Positions 10,423 through 21,187 of a stretch of DNA of 64,000 nucleotides are shown here, piece after piece. Position 1 is the stretch's first letter; each line of letters opens with the position of its first letter. The translations under genes and the position numbers were made by a program. The stretch spans positions 11,158 to 75,157 of the forward strand of contig DHUT01000088.1 in NCBI GenBank assembly GCA_002409285.1, read 5' to 3'. A model generated the notes under the pieces. The model did not search any database. It saw only the letters and a program-made list of their open reading frames with translations, and was not told where the DNA came from. The stretch comes from Firmicutes bacterium UBA5227 (lineage in GTDB: Bacteria; Bacillota; Clostridia; Tissierellales; Sedimentibacteraceae).

Positions 10423-11502
10423 TTATATTATTTCCGCCATCAACATGGCATAATCATCCTTATGCATTTTACAAAAATCATTCAGATAATGACTTAGGTT
10501 GCCAAGTATATCCCCGTCCTTTTTTATTATATATAACAGGTTTTCAATACCAAATTGCTCATTATTCCGATTCCTTGCTTCCGTAATACCGTCGGTATAC
10601 AAAAACAGTTTATCTCCGATATTAAGATTTAATTTATTTTCATCGTAATTGACATCGTCAAATATATTAGCAATCGGATAGCCCTTGGAATTTAACAAGG
10701 CAATATCTTTATTTTTTTTCAGTAATACAGGCTCTGAATTGTGCCCTGCATTAATATATTCAAATTCATGAGTATCTTTATTATAAATTCCCATGAATAC
10801 AGAAAAATACTTATCATAATCCAAATTTAAAGAAAGAAATGTTTTATGAAGTTCCTTCATTATTTTATTCAGTCCCAGACCACCCTTGGCAATAGTTCTC
10901 AGGGATTGTCTTACAAAGACAGTCAACAGTGAAGCGCTGACACCATGTCCCACCACATCACAAATATAAACTCCTGTATTTTTTTCATCTATTTTAAAAA
11001 CATCAAAAAAATCTCCGCTCAGAGACTCCGATGATTCGTACAGGTAATCAATGCTTAAACCGTTGTACATTCCCCTGGGCGGAAGCATTCTAATCTGCAT
11101 ATTCCTTGCAAATTTAATGTCATTGCTCATTTTTTTGTTTTGTTCATTAATATTTTTTGCTAATTTTTTCTCATTTGTTATATCTCTGAATACTTCCACA
11201 GCACAGGCAGTCTTGCCATCACCAGCCTGTACAGGTGAAGATACAACCATATATGTTCTGCCACATATGGATTCTTCCTTTTTTTCTATCGTTCCTTTTC
11301 TAATTGTTTCACCTGATATACAGTAATCACAGTTTTTTCCCGAACCAAAAATTTCATAACACTTGCTTCCGGTAATATCCCCCAAATCTTCCTTCATTTT
11401 TTTGTTTGCATAAAGCACTACATTGTTTTTATCAACAACTCTGACCCAGTCTATCATTCCGTCAACTATTCCAAGCTGGGATTCATTTAATTCAAATTTC
11501 AT
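10423..11502 (-). CDS. PAS-domain PP2C/SpoIIE-type protein phosphatase (RsbU-like)
   Basis: N-terminal PAS-like region; SGDFFD, CDVVGHG, YTDGITEA, DD motifs. Confidence 0.88.
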   Translation of the reverse strand: MKFELNESQLGIVDGMIDWVRVVDKNNVVLYANKKMKEDLGDITGSKCYEIFGSGKNCDYCISGETIRKGTIEKKEESICGRTYMVVSSPVQAGDGKTACAVEVFRDITNEKKLAKNINEQNKKMSNDIKFARNMQIRMLPPRGMYNGLSIDYLYESSESLSGDFFDVFKIDEKNTGVYICDVVGHGVSASLLTVFVRQSLRTIAKGGLGLNKIMKELHKTFLSLNLDYDKYFSVFMGIYNKDTHEFEYINAGHNSEPVLLKKNKDIALLNSKGYPIANIFDDVNYDENKLNLNIGDKLFLYTDGITEARNRNNEQFGIENLLYIIKKDGDILGNLSHYLNDFCKMHKDDYAMLMAEII

Positions 11503-11506
11503 GGGA

Positions 11507-12484
11507 TCACTCCTTAGGCTTTATTTTTTCTTTTGTGTAATTTAAAAGCAACTGTCCTATTTTATCAGAATTATGCCTTATGTAGTTATTTTTTATTTCC
11601 ACAAAATTACTGCTTATGACCCTAATATTCATTTCTTCAAGTTTTTTTACCTGGTTTTCGTCAATCAGAACCTGCTTAGCACCCTTGAACTTGTAATTAG
11701 CTATTTGGCTTTCAGAAATAAGCTCATCATTTGCAATTACATAATCTATGACATACCTGCTGCTGTGCTTGATAATTGCACTTACATGGTCATACACATT
11801 GTAGTGATCAGTTTCTCCGGGTTGTGTCATAAGATTGCATATATAAAACTTCGTCGCCCCGGATTCAGCTATGAGTTTGGGGATGTTATGAACAAGCATG
11901 TTTGGAATCACGCTTGTATACAGGCTTCCCGGACCAAGGACAATTATATCGGCTTCATTTATATCCCTTACCGTTTCTTCCAATGGCATACATACTTCGG
12001 GGACAAGTGAAATTTTATCTATTCCTGCTCCGGATTTACTTACAAACTCAGGAATATCTTTTTCCCCTAAAATATACCCTCCGTTATTCAGAAGGGCTTT
12101 AAGCTGGGCATCCTGCAGAGTCATGGGAAGTACTTTTCCCGAAAGCCTGAATATACTTCCTATTTCTTTAAGCGCATGCTCGTAGTCTCCGAAAATTTCA
12201 TACATAGCTGCTATAAACAGATTTCCAAAGCTTTGTCCCTTTAAATATCCATCCTTAAAGCGATGCTGCATCAATTTAATCATTGAAGGCTCTATATCCG
12301 ACAATGCAATAATGCAGTTTCTCATGTCTCCGGGAGGAAGCATGCCCAGATCCTCTCTCAATACTCCCGAGCCTCCGCCGTTATCGGCAACAGTTACCAC
12401 AGCAGACAATTCGCGGGTATACTTTTTAAGACCTCTTAATAGTATGGATAAACCTGTTCCTCCTCCAAAAACCACTATCTTCAT
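11507..12484 (-). CDS. yvcK: YvcK/GlmR uridine diphosphate-GlcNAc-binding gluconeogenesis factor
   Basis: GGGTGLS, VADNGGGSG, PGDMRNC, GPGSLYTS; follows rapZ. Confidence 0.93.
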   Translation of the reverse strand: MKIVVFGGGTGLSILLRGLKKYTRELSAVVTVADNGGGSGVLREDLGMLPPGDMRNCIIALSDIEPSMIKLMQHRFKDGYLKGQSFGNLFIAAMYEIFGDYEHALKEIGSIFRLSGKVLPMTLQDAQLKALLNNGGYILGEKDIPEFVSKSGAGIDKISLVPEVCMPLEETVRDINEADIIVLGPGSLYTSVIPNMLVHNIPKLIAESGATKFYICNLMTQPGETDHYNVYDHVSAIIKHSSRYVIDYVIANDELISESQIANYKFKGAKQVLIDENQVKKLEEMNIRVISSNFVEIKNNYIRHNSDKIGQLLLNYTKEKIKPKE

Positions 12485-12495
12485 ATATACCTCTC

Positions 12496-13350
12496 TTATT
12501 TTTCAACATCCCGATGATTTAACAAAACTCTGTAATTTTCTTTACTTAAAACCGACGCTATTATATTCGAAATTGTAACAGAACGATGCTTGCCTCCGGT
12601 ACAACCCACAGATATAACCAGGCTTGACTTTCCTTCTTTAATATATAGCGGCAAAAGGAAAATCAGCATATCTTCAAGCATTTTTATGAAAGTATTCGTT
12701 ACATCAAACCCAAGTACATAGTCCTGAACATTTTTATCGTTACCAGTATAATTTTTTAATGATTCAATGTAAAACGGATTAGGCAGAAATCTTACATCAA
12801 ATACCAAATCTGAGTCCTGTGGAAGTCCGTATTTATATCCGAAAGACATTACCGTGATATTAATATTATGCGTAACGCTTCCCCTGACAAAAATATTCAA
12901 AAGCTCTTCCTTTAGCCTTCCAAGCTTCATATTTGTCGTATCAATTATATAGTCGGATCTTCTTTTAACTTCTTCAAGGCTTAGCCTTTCATTCCTGATT
13001 CCGTCCACTATAGTTCCGGTAGTGCTCAGAGGATGAGGTCTTCGTTGTTCCTTATACCTTTTTACCAGCTCATCATCGGATGCATCCAAGAACAATATGC
13101 GGTATTGTATACCCATGTTTTTTAATTCATTAAGACTGTTAAACAAATCTTTGAAAAATATTCCGCCTCGTATATCCGCAACAACCGCAACCCTACTGAC
13201 CTCCCTGGACGAGCTTTTGCAAAGTTCGGCAAAATTAGGAAGGAGAGCAGGAGGCATGTTGTCCATACAATAATAATTTATATCTTCCAGAACCTTAATT
13301 GTCTGGCTCTTCCCTGCTCCTGACATACCGGTTATAATAACAAACTCCAT
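12496..13350 (-). CDS. rapZ: RNase adapter RapZ (YvcJ) P-loop protein
   Basis: TGMSGAGKS, SFGYKYG, DVRFLPNP, GCTGGKHRS. Confidence 0.95.
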   Translation of the reverse strand: MEFVIITGMSGAGKSQTIKVLEDINYYCMDNMPPALLPNFAELCKSSSREVSRVAVVADIRGGIFFKDLFNSLNELKNMGIQYRILFLDASDDELVKRYKEQRRPHPLSTTGTIVDGIRNERLSLEEVKRRSDYIIDTTNMKLGRLKEELLNIFVRGSVTHNINITVMSFGYKYGLPQDSDLVFDVRFLPNPFYIESLKNYTGNDKNVQDYVLGFDVTNTFIKMLEDMLIFLLPLYIKEGKSSLVISVGCTGGKHRSVTISNIIASVLSKENYRVLLNHRDVEK

Positions 13351-13364
13351 ATTCTCCCTCCTCC

Positions 13365-14105
13365 TTACAGCTTAATATTAACTATACGTCTTAAATCCAA
13401 ACCTGCATCAACTGCGGCCTTTAAGCCTTTATTATAGCTTCCTATGTCATCCTTTATGTGTGCGTCGCTGTTTATTGCAAATTTAACTTTATATTTTGAA
13501 GCGATCTTAATTTCCTCAGCATTCAAATGGCTGTGGCTGTTGTTAATTTCAAGTATTGTTCCTGTTTCTTGCGCAATCGCTGCAATACTATCTATGTTAA
13601 CCGGAATCTTATCTCCCGGATGCGTCAGAATATCTATCTTGTTTTTACGCATCACCTCATGTATTGCATTTGTATTTCTTGCCTCCATTTCCCTTAATAC
13701 TTCTTCATTTATTTTACCTATCTTATTTTTCACTAAAAATTTCCACGCATCCCTCGGAGTTGAAAACAATGCTCCTACATGATAGCCGCACAAAATAATA
13801 TCGCAATACTTTAAAACCTCGTCAGTAATATCTGTATTTCCCTTATAATCCAGTATGTTTGCTTCAACACCCATCAATATTTTAATCTGGGGATATCTTT
13901 CTCTCATTTCGATTACTTTTTCTTTTGCTTCCTTTATTTTATCTTGCCTTATTCCGTACATATAATGTTTCGGACCATGATCAGTTATTGCAATTTCCTC
14001 CAGTCCAATATCCACAGCTCTTTGTACTATTTCTTCAATCGTGGATTTCCCATGATTGTGCCTGGAATATGTTGAATGCACATGATAATCTGCTGTTAAT
14101 CTCAT
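13365..14105 (-). CDS. PHP-domain phosphoesterase
   Basis: DYHVHS, ITDHG, THPG, NSDAH metal-binding motifs. Confidence 0.88.
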   Translation of the reverse strand: MRLTADYHVHSTYSRHNHGKSTIEEIVQRAVDIGLEEIAITDHGPKHYMYGIRQDKIKEAKEKVIEMRERYPQIKILMGVEANILDYKGNTDITDEVLKYCDIILCGYHVGALFSTPRDAWKFLVKNKIGKINEEVLREMEARNTNAIHEVMRKNKIDILTHPGDKIPVNIDSIAAIAQETGTILEINNSHSHLNAEEIKIASKYKVKFAINSDAHIKDDIGSYNKGLKAAVDAGLDLRRIVNIKL

Positions 14106-14173
14106 ACAATCCCCCTTAATAAACTATTGCTGAGCCATTGTTCACCTGTTGTTCAGCTATTGTTTTTCTTTTG

Positions 14174-15100
14174 TTATAATTTAGTTCCTATTATTTTCAC
14201 TTCCGGTTCAAGTCTTATGCCAAATTTATCATACACTGTGCTTATTACAATCCGCATAAGGTCAAGCACATCATCACAGCAGGCATTGTCGTAATTAACT
14301 ATAAAACCGCTGTGTTTGTCTGAAACCATGGCTCCCTTGTACATGAGACCTTTAAGCCCCGCATCTTCAATAAGTTTTGATGCATATCCCACTTCAGGTC
14401 TTTTAAATGTGCTGCCTGCACTGGGCATATTGAGAGGCTGTTTTGACATTCTCTTTTCATTCAATTCCTTAATGCGAGACATAATTTCATCCCTGTCTCC
14501 ATATTTAAGTTCAAGCTCAGCTTCAATTGCTATATATTCTGAATCGGTGATTTTCGTATGTCTGTATGCAAATTCCATTTCTTTGTTTGAAAATTCATGA
14601 ATATTGCCATCAAAATCTACACATTTCACACTTTTTACGATCTGCTTAATTTCGCCGCCGTAAGCCCCTGCATTCATACAAACAGCACCACCGAGACAAC
14701 CCGGAATTCCGCTGGCAAATTCAAATCCTTCCAAACTTTCTTTTGCAATGAATTTAGCCAATGTAGACAACAGCACTCCCGCTCCTGCTGTTATCCTGTT
14801 TTCATTCCTTTTAAAATAGCTGAACTTATCACATATTTTTACAACTGCTCCGTTAAAGCCCTCATCAGACACGAGAAGATTGGTTCCATTTCCAATGACG
14901 AAATAGTCAACTCCATGTTTTTTTATAAGCTTCAAAACCATAACTAAATCTTCAGTATCTTCAGGCTCTGCAAGTATGCCTGCAGGACCGCCTATTTTAA
15001 AATAAGTGTGATTTTTTAAAGGTTCATCTTTAAGGACAATTCCCTTTACGGATGAAGTCATATCCCGATAAAGATCATTGATTTTTGATTGATACTTCAT
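14174..15100 (-). CDS. murB: UDP-N-acetylenolpyruvoylglucosamine reductase
   Basis: IGGPA, GNGTNLL, GIPGCLGGAVCMNAGAYG, PSAGSTFKRP, LEPEV. Confidence 0.97.
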   Translation of the reverse strand: MKYQSKINDLYRDMTSSVKGIVLKDEPLKNHTYFKIGGPAGILAEPEDTEDLVMVLKLIKKHGVDYFVIGNGTNLLVSDEGFNGAVVKICDKFSYFKRNENRITAGAGVLLSTLAKFIAKESLEGFEFASGIPGCLGGAVCMNAGAYGGEIKQIVKSVKCVDFDGNIHEFSNKEMEFAYRHTKITDSEYIAIEAELELKYGDRDEIMSRIKELNEKRMSKQPLNMPSAGSTFKRPEVGYASKLIEDAGLKGLMYKGAMVSDKHSGFIVNYDNACCDDVLDLMRIVISTVYDKFGIRLEPEVKIIGTKL

Positions 15101-15234
15101 TATCTCACCCCTTCTAAATCATCTGATTACATTGTATCATTTCTTTGATATTTTTTAAAGATATATTTTGAACTACTTAACAAACAGCAAAACATTGTCA
15201 GAGGTACCCGGTCAGTAATGCTTAGTAACTTAGT

Positions 15235-15265
15235 GAAAAAAAACTCCCCATGTTAAGGGGAGTAA
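15235..15265 (-). terminator. Intrinsic terminator after peptide-utilisation operon
   Basis: actcccc/ggggagt stem followed by T8 on the minus strand. Confidence 0.8.
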
Positions 15266-15268
15266 TCA

Positions 15269-16345
15269 TCAGAAGCTTCTTACAACATCTTCGTTCAGTC
15301 TTTTCAAGATTTCGCATGCAAGTCTGACACCACTTGAATAATCTTCATAGGAAGATATTCCATAATGGGTATGTGCATATCTTACAGGAATTCCAATAAC
15401 TATTACAGGAACACCCTTGTTTGAAAGATGTATTGCAGATCCATTTGTAGAACCAGCCTTTCTCACGGCTTCCTGAACCGGAATATTAAGCTCCTCACAC
15501 AAATTCAAAGCAAATCGCTGATATCTTGGATTTGTTATCATTTTTGCATCTATATGCCTGAGCATCGGTCCTTTTTTTATTGCAGTCTGTACCTCATAAT
15601 CAGTCACACAGGTATCATCTGCGGGGCATCCTTCAAACACAATAGCAATGTCCGATTTTACAGCATTTGCCGTAACTGTAGCACCTCTGACACCGACCTC
15701 CTCCTGGGATGCGAATGCTCCAACCACATCGACTGCAATATCAACACCCCCAAGTTCCTTTAGTGTATCTATTATGGAAGCGCACCCTAAGCGGCAGTCA
15801 AAGCTTTTGCCTATCATCAGATCATGTTCCTCAATATATTCAAAGGTTACATCCGGAACCACGGGTGCCGCTAAACGTATTTTAAATTTTTCAATCACTT
15901 CTTGTCTTGAAACTGCACCTATATCCACTGTTATATCCTGCATGTCCAGAGGCAGCTTTTTCTCCGCTTCCGTCATAAAATGCGGCGGCTTGCTGGCTGT
16001 AATGCCTGTTATATATTTACCGTCTGAATTTTGAACCTTCACTCTGTGAGCAGGAATATTGCTGTTAACCCATCCGCCTATCTGTATAATCTGGAGGGTT
16101 CCGTTTGGTCTGATGGCCTGAACCATGAAACCGACTTCATCACTGTGAGCATCAAGCTGTACGGTTAAACGCCCTCCCTTATTTTCTTTTCTTCTTACAT
16201 ACACATTGCGTAGACTGTCCTCTGAAATTTCTCCCAGACCTTTGCTGTATTTTTTTATTACACCGACAGCTTCATCCTCAAATCCTGAAACTCCCATTGC
16301 ATTTGAAATATCTGCAATCATTTTTAAAGATTTTTTCTTATCCAT
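15269..16345 (-). CDS. M42-family aminopeptidase
   Basis: AHSDEVG, KSFDCRLG, QEEVGVRGA, RYAHT. Confidence 0.93.
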   Translation of the reverse strand: MDKKKSLKMIADISNAMGVSGFEDEAVGVIKKYSKGLGEISEDSLRNVYVRRKENKGGRLTVQLDAHSDEVGFMVQAIRPNGTLQIIQIGGWVNSNIPAHRVKVQNSDGKYITGITASKPPHFMTEAEKKLPLDMQDITVDIGAVSRQEVIEKFKIRLAAPVVPDVTFEYIEEHDLMIGKSFDCRLGCASIIDTLKELGGVDIAVDVVGAFASQEEVGVRGATVTANAVKSDIAIVFEGCPADDTCVTDYEVQTAIKKGPMLRHIDAKMITNPRYQRFALNLCEELNIPVQEAVRKAGSTNGSAIHLSNKGVPVIVIGIPVRYAHTHYGISSYEDYSSGVRLACEILKRLNEDVVRSF

Positions 16346-16382
16346 TTTTCCTCCAAAATACTTAAATTAAATTTCTCATTTT

Positions 16383-17183
16383 TCAATACAGTACAAACAT
16401 GTGAGCAGTAACTATATCCATAAAATTATCAGTTGAAATTTTAATGGTGTTGCCATCAACAGCTTCCATTCCCGGATAAAATGACATCTTATATGCATTT
16501 ATATGCTGCTTGAACCTGATTTCTTCTTCAAAGGTTTCGGGAAGCATTACCTGATTTTCTGACAAATCTTTTTTTAATGATTCCTCCGAGCCCTTTTCTA
16601 TAAGCTTCAGTACCTTCTCCGGCGAAATGTTAATAGTGGAACCGCCAACTCCGATTTTAGTTTCTACTGCCGTAATACCCGGAATAAGCTTTTTTGCCTC
16701 CAGGCATATACCTTTGTCACCGGAAATAAACAAAACCGGAACCTTATGCATAGCCGCAATATATGAATTAATCAGAAACTCACTGGCTATCTGCCCGTTT
16801 AATTTAATATATGCCGGATTCCCCGTATTGGTATGAGACATGGGGCTTGTGTTCATTCCTGCTGCAGAATGATATCCTACAAACATAACACCGTCGAAAC
16901 TGTTATCCAGCCCGTACATCATATTATATGGATGACCGCTCTTACCCCGTATAAGTGTAACACACTCAGGCATTTTCAGGACATTAATATTATCTGCTGT
17001 TCCGTGACCATCCTTGACCACAATCTCTGTAGCCCCTGCACTGACAGCTCCTTTTACAGCTGCCATGACCTCAAGAGTCATCTGGTCTGCAAACTGCTGA
17101 TAACCTTTCTCGCTGCTGTGTGTCTCCGATGTCAGTGCAATTCCTGAAACACCTTCTATATCAGCGCTGATAAAAATTTTCAC
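16383..17183 (-). CDS. dppA: D-aminopeptidase, M55 (DppA) family
   Basis: ISADIEG, DGHG, VGYHS, HT motifs. Confidence 0.92.
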   Translation of the reverse strand: MKIFISADIEGVSGIALTSETHSSEKGYQQFADQMTLEVMAAVKGAVSAGATEIVVKDGHGTADNINVLKMPECVTLIRGKSGHPYNMMYGLDNSFDGVMFVGYHSAAGMNTSPMSHTNTGNPAYIKLNGQIASEFLINSYIAAMHKVPVLFISGDKGICLEAKKLIPGITAVETKIGVGGSTINISPEKVLKLIEKGSEESLKKDLSENQVMLPETFEEEIRFKQHINAYKMSFYPGMEAVDGNTIKISTDNFMDIVTAHMFVLY

Positions 17184-17298
17184 TTTATTTCTCCTCGTAT
17201 AATATATTTATCAGTTACAAAACAATAACTGATATTATCTTAATTAACATTAAAAGCAGCACTAACTTACATAGTATGTTTAATTCAGAGCTGTTACC

Positions 17299-18279
17299 TT
17301 ATTTTTTGTCATACAGATGGCAAAGCACATAGTGATTATCACTTACCTGCTTTTTCACCGGCTGTTCTACTTTACATATGTCCATTGCATACTTGCACCT
17401 TGTATGGAATTTGCATCCGCTTGGAGGATTTAAAGCACTTGGTATACTGCCTTTAAGTATTACCCTGTCCTTTTTTACTGTAGGATCAGGTATGGGGATG
17501 GCTGAAAGAAGTGCCTGTGTGTATGGGTGCATAGGATTTTTATACAATTCATTTTTGTCAGCAACCTCTACAAAGTTTCCCAGATACATGACTCCTATCC
17601 TGTCACTTATATGTTCAACAACGCTTAAGTCATGAGCTATGAATACATAGGTGAGATTCAATCTGTTTTTAAGTTCTACCATAAGATTTAATATCTGAGA
17701 CTGTATGGAAACATCAAGGGCCGAAACAGGCTCATCAGCTATGATAACACTTGGATTTACCGCCAATGCCCTGGCTATACCTATTCTCTGCCTCTGTCCC
17801 CCGCTGAATTCGTGGGGATACCTCTGGGCATGGTAGGCGTCCAAGCCAACATATCTCAGGAGTTCAACCACCTTGTCATCCGTTTCTTCTCTGCCATGAA
17901 CCAGATTATGAATAATTAACGGCTCTGCTATTATATCACGAACTGACATCCTTGGGTTAAGTGATGCATAGGGATCTTGAAATACCATCTGTATGTTTTT
18001 TCTCATATTTCGCATTTCTTTTTTTGAAAGGTCAGATATGTTTTTATCATTGATGATTATTTCTCCTTCTGTCTTATCCGTCAGGTTGCATATAAGTTTG
18101 CCGAGTGTTGATTTGCCACAGCCGGATTCCCCAACTATGCCAAATACCTCACCCCTGGCAACTTCAAAGGTTACACCGTCCACAGATTTTACATATTCGG
18201 TCTTTGTACCCAGCATTCCTGCCTTTACAGGGTAATACTTTTTTAATTCTTTTGTTTGAAGCAATATCCTGCCATCCAT
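17299..18279 (-). CDS. Peptide ABC transporter ATP-binding protein (OppF/DppF-like)
   Basis: GESGCGKST, FSGGQRQR, ADEPVSALD, C-terminal CKFHTRC. Confidence 0.95.
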   Translation of the reverse strand: MDGRILLQTKELKKYYPVKAGMLGTKTEYVKSVDGVTFEVARGEVFGIVGESGCGKSTLGKLICNLTDKTEGEIIINDKNISDLSKKEMRNMRKNIQMVFQDPYASLNPRMSVRDIIAEPLIIHNLVHGREETDDKVVELLRYVGLDAYHAQRYPHEFSGGQRQRIGIARALAVNPSVIIADEPVSALDVSIQSQILNLMVELKNRLNLTYVFIAHDLSVVEHISDRIGVMYLGNFVEVADKNELYKNPMHPYTQALLSAIPIPDPTVKKDRVILKGSIPSALNPPSGCKFHTRCKYAMDICKVEQPVKKQVSDNHYVLCHLYDKK

Positions 18280-19280
18280 TACACCTCACCTCCAAATTCT
18301 TTTTTGCATAACCAGCATCGGCTTTTCTGACCGTTGGGGTATGTGAAGAATGGAGGCTCTTCTTCCCTGCATTTATTAAATGCCTTTACACATCTGGGCT
18401 CGAACTTACATCCGTCGGGCATGTGCTTCGGATTAGGAACATTTCCGGGAATTGATTCAAGCATTTCAACATGATTTCCCAGCCTTGGCATTGAAGTCAG
18501 CAAACCTTGCGTATACGGATGCATAGGTGTTTTAAATATTGAATATACATCTGCACTTTCAACCACACGACCACAGTACATAACCACAACCTCATCACAT
18601 ATCTCGGCTATAACCCCAAGATCATGAGTTATGAAAATAACCGATGTCCCTGAAAATTTTTTTAATTCATTAATGAGATCAAGTATCTGAGCCTGTATTG
18701 TAACATCAAGAGCTGTAGTAGGCTCATCTGCAATAAGTATTTTGGGATTACATACTAATGCCATGGCAATCATAATTCTCTGCCTCATTCCGCCTGAAAG
18801 TTGGAAAGGATATTCTCCGACTATTTTATTTGCTCTTGGAATGCTTATTTTCTCAAGCATTTCTACAGTCCTGTCCATCGCTTCCTTTTTACTTACCTTG
18901 AAATGCTCTGTTATAGCCTCTGAAATCTGATCTCCTATTTTGAGAACAGGATTTAGCGAAGTCATTGGCTCCTGGAATATCATTGCTATTTCTCCGCCTC
19001 GCAGTTTTCTTTTTTCCTCTTCGGATATATTAACTATGTCTTTTCCGTCTAACAGTATACTTCCATCAACAATCTTTCCTCTGGTTCCCATAAGCAGACT
19101 CATCACGGATAAAGCTGTTACACTTTTACCGCTTCCGGATTCACCAACTATTCCAAGGGTAGAGCCTTTTTTCAATGTTATATCCACACCGTCCACAGAC
19201 TTTACCACTCCGTTGTCCGTATAGAAATAGGTGTGAAGGTTTTTTATATCCAGCAATACATTATTATTCTGCATCTTCAT
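18279..19280 (-). CDS. Peptide ABC transporter ATP-binding protein (OppD/DppD-like)
   Basis: GESGSGKS, LSGGMRQR, ADEPTTALD. Confidence 0.95.
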   Translation of the reverse strand: MKMQNNNVLLDIKNLHTYFYTDNGVVKSVDGVDITLKKGSTLGIVGESGSGKSVTALSVMSLLMGTRGKIVDGSILLDGKDIVNISEEEKRKLRGGEIAMIFQEPMTSLNPVLKIGDQISEAITEHFKVSKKEAMDRTVEMLEKISIPRANKIVGEYPFQLSGGMRQRIMIAMALVCNPKILIADEPTTALDVTIQAQILDLINELKKFSGTSVIFITHDLGVIAEICDEVVVMYCGRVVESADVYSIFKTPMHPYTQGLLTSMPRLGNHVEMLESIPGNVPNPKHMPDGCKFEPRCVKAFNKCREEEPPFFTYPNGQKSRCWLCKKEFGGEV

Positions 19281-19294
19281 CTTCCTTTCTACTG

Positions 19295-20173
19295 TTACTG
19301 CGTCAATTTAGGATCCAGAGCATCTCTAAGTCCATCACCCAGAAGATTGAACGACAATACAGTCAAAAATATTGCAAGCCCCGGGAAAAACGTCATGTGC
19401 CAGTTTAATCCCACATAGGCTCTGCCGGTGCTTAATTGAAGTCCCCATTCAGGACTCGGAGCCTGCGCTCCCATTCCCAAAAAGCTTAAGCTGGATGCTG
19501 TAAGTATTGATGATCCTATGTTCATAGTATAATATACAATAATCTCAGACATGGCTCCCGGAAGTATATGCCTGAAAAGAATTCTCATGTCACTTGCTCC
19601 CAGATTTTTAGCAGCCTGTACATAGATTGATTCCTTCTGTGTAAGTGTGCTGCTTCTTACAATTCGCGCAAAGGATGGAGCAGAAAATATGGAAACAGAT
19701 ATAACTACATTAAACATTCCCGGTCCCAGGATTGCCATAATTCCTATTGCAAGAATTATCCCAGGAAAAGCAAACAGTGTATCACAGATTCTCATAATTA
19801 CACTGTCTATGAATCCGCCGTAATAACCGCTTACCAACCCTAAAATAGTTCCTATAACTGCACCTATAGTCACAGAAGATAGTCCAACAGCAAGTGATAT
19901 CCTTGCTCCAAGGATAACTCTGCTAAAAATATCCCTTCCGAATTCATCCGTTCCGAACCAGTGTGCTTTTGAAGGAGATTGAAGTACATTCATGTAGTCA
20001 TACTCATCCACACCATAGGGTACAATCATCTCTCCAATAATTGAAAAGACTACAAGCAGCAGCAAAAAAATCAATGCCACAATAGCAGTTTTCTGTTTTT
20101 TGAATTTCATTAAAAATTCTTTGAAGGGAGTTCTTATTTCTTCTTTCTGTTCAATATCTTTTGATTTATCCAT
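19295..20173 (-). CDS. Peptide ABC transporter permease (DppC/GsiD-like)
   Basis: HWFGTDEFGRD, SSLSFLGMG, PEWG motifs. Confidence 0.93.
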   Translation of the reverse strand: MDKSKDIEQKEEIRTPFKEFLMKFKKQKTAIVALIFLLLLVVFSIIGEMIVPYGVDEYDYMNVLQSPSKAHWFGTDEFGRDIFSRVILGARISLAVGLSSVTIGAVIGTILGLVSGYYGGFIDSVIMRICDTLFAFPGIILAIGIMAILGPGMFNVVISVSIFSAPSFARIVRSSTLTQKESIYVQAAKNLGASDMRILFRHILPGAMSEIIVYYTMNIGSSILTASSLSFLGMGAQAPSPEWGLQLSTGRAYVGLNWHMTFFPGLAIFLTVLSFNLLGDGLRDALDPKLTQ

Positions 20174-20186
20174 TAGTTTCTCCCTT

Positions 20187-21107
20187 CTATTGTAATTTTA
20201 TCTCGGGATTTAATGCAGCATAAATTAAATCCACTATTAGGTTAATAAGTACAAAGTTCATCGAAAAAATCAGTATCAGGGACTGTATCATGGGATAATC
20301 TCTGAAATTTACAGAATCGATCAGCAGACTTCCCAAACCTGGATAAGCAAAAACTGATTCCGTAACCACCGAACCTCCAAGTAAAAATCCAAACTGAAGT
20401 CCAACCACCGTCACAACAGGAATCATGGAATTTTTAAAAACATGCTTCCAGATTACCTTTTTATCCTTAAGTCCCTTGGCATATGCAGTCCTGATATAAT
20501 CCTCTTTCATAACCTCAATTATTGATGATCTTGTAAACCTTGCAATTATTGCCGCAACGCTTGCTCCAAGTGTTATTGAGGGAAGTATAAGGCTTTTAAA
20601 GCCTTCGGCTCCCACAGTGGGAAGCCATTTCAACTTAACAGAAAATATCTGTATAAGCATTAGTCCCAGCCAGAATGACGGAAGGGATATTCCCGAAACC
20701 GCAAAGGTCATGCCTGCATAGTCCTGCCATTTTGATCTATTTTTACCTGAAAATACTCCAATCAGAACTCCAAAAATAACAGACCATACAAGACTTGAAA
20801 TGGTCAGCGTTACTGTATTCATATATCTTAATCCTATCTCGTAAGTTACAGCTCTCTTTGTTTTTAATGATGTACCCATGTCTCCATGTAAAAGTCCAAG
20901 TATATAATCCTTGTACTGTTCAAACACCGGCTTATTTAAGCCCAGTGTCTCTCTTATCATCTCCACATCTTCAAGTGTTGCATCAGGTCCTGCAACCCTT
21001 CGTGCCGGATCTCCTGGTATAAATCTTACAAACATAAATACAAATATGGAAATCAAAATAAGAGTTGGTATTACAGCTAAAATTCTCTTAACAATGTATC
21101 TTAACAT
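20187..21107 (-). CDS. Peptide ABC transporter permease (DppB/GsiC-like)
   Basis: Start set at ATG 21107 (MLRYIVKRIL) with GGAG RBS; PGDPA, DYIRTAYAKG, ESVFAYPG. Confidence 0.93.
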   Translation of the reverse strand: MLRYIVKRILAVIPTLILISIFVFMFVRFIPGDPARRVAGPDATLEDVEMIRETLGLNKPVFEQYKDYILGLLHGDMGTSLKTKRAVTYEIGLRYMNTVTLTISSLVWSVIFGVLIGVFSGKNRSKWQDYAGMTFAVSGISLPSFWLGLMLIQIFSVKLKWLPTVGAEGFKSLILPSITLGASVAAIIARFTRSSIIEVMKEDYIRTAYAKGLKDKKVIWKHVFKNSMIPVVTVVGLQFGFLLGGSVVTESVFAYPGLGSLLIDSVNFRDYPMIQSLILIFSMNFVLINLIVDLIYAALNPEIKLQ

Positions 21108-21187
21108 CTGTGTTTCACCTCTGTATAAAAATATGCGGCATGCAGAATCTTCCGCCTGCCGCATGCGATATAAACTTAAGTTCCGGA

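Noticed and set aside
21108-21170. Longer N-terminus for the permease (ORF-track start 21164)
   Set aside because: The extension spans an intergenic hairpin (atgcggca.../...tgccgcat). ATG 21107 has an RBS and a typical permease start. Similar start corrections were made for the SBP, tdh, rsmI, the antitoxin and the methyltransferase.
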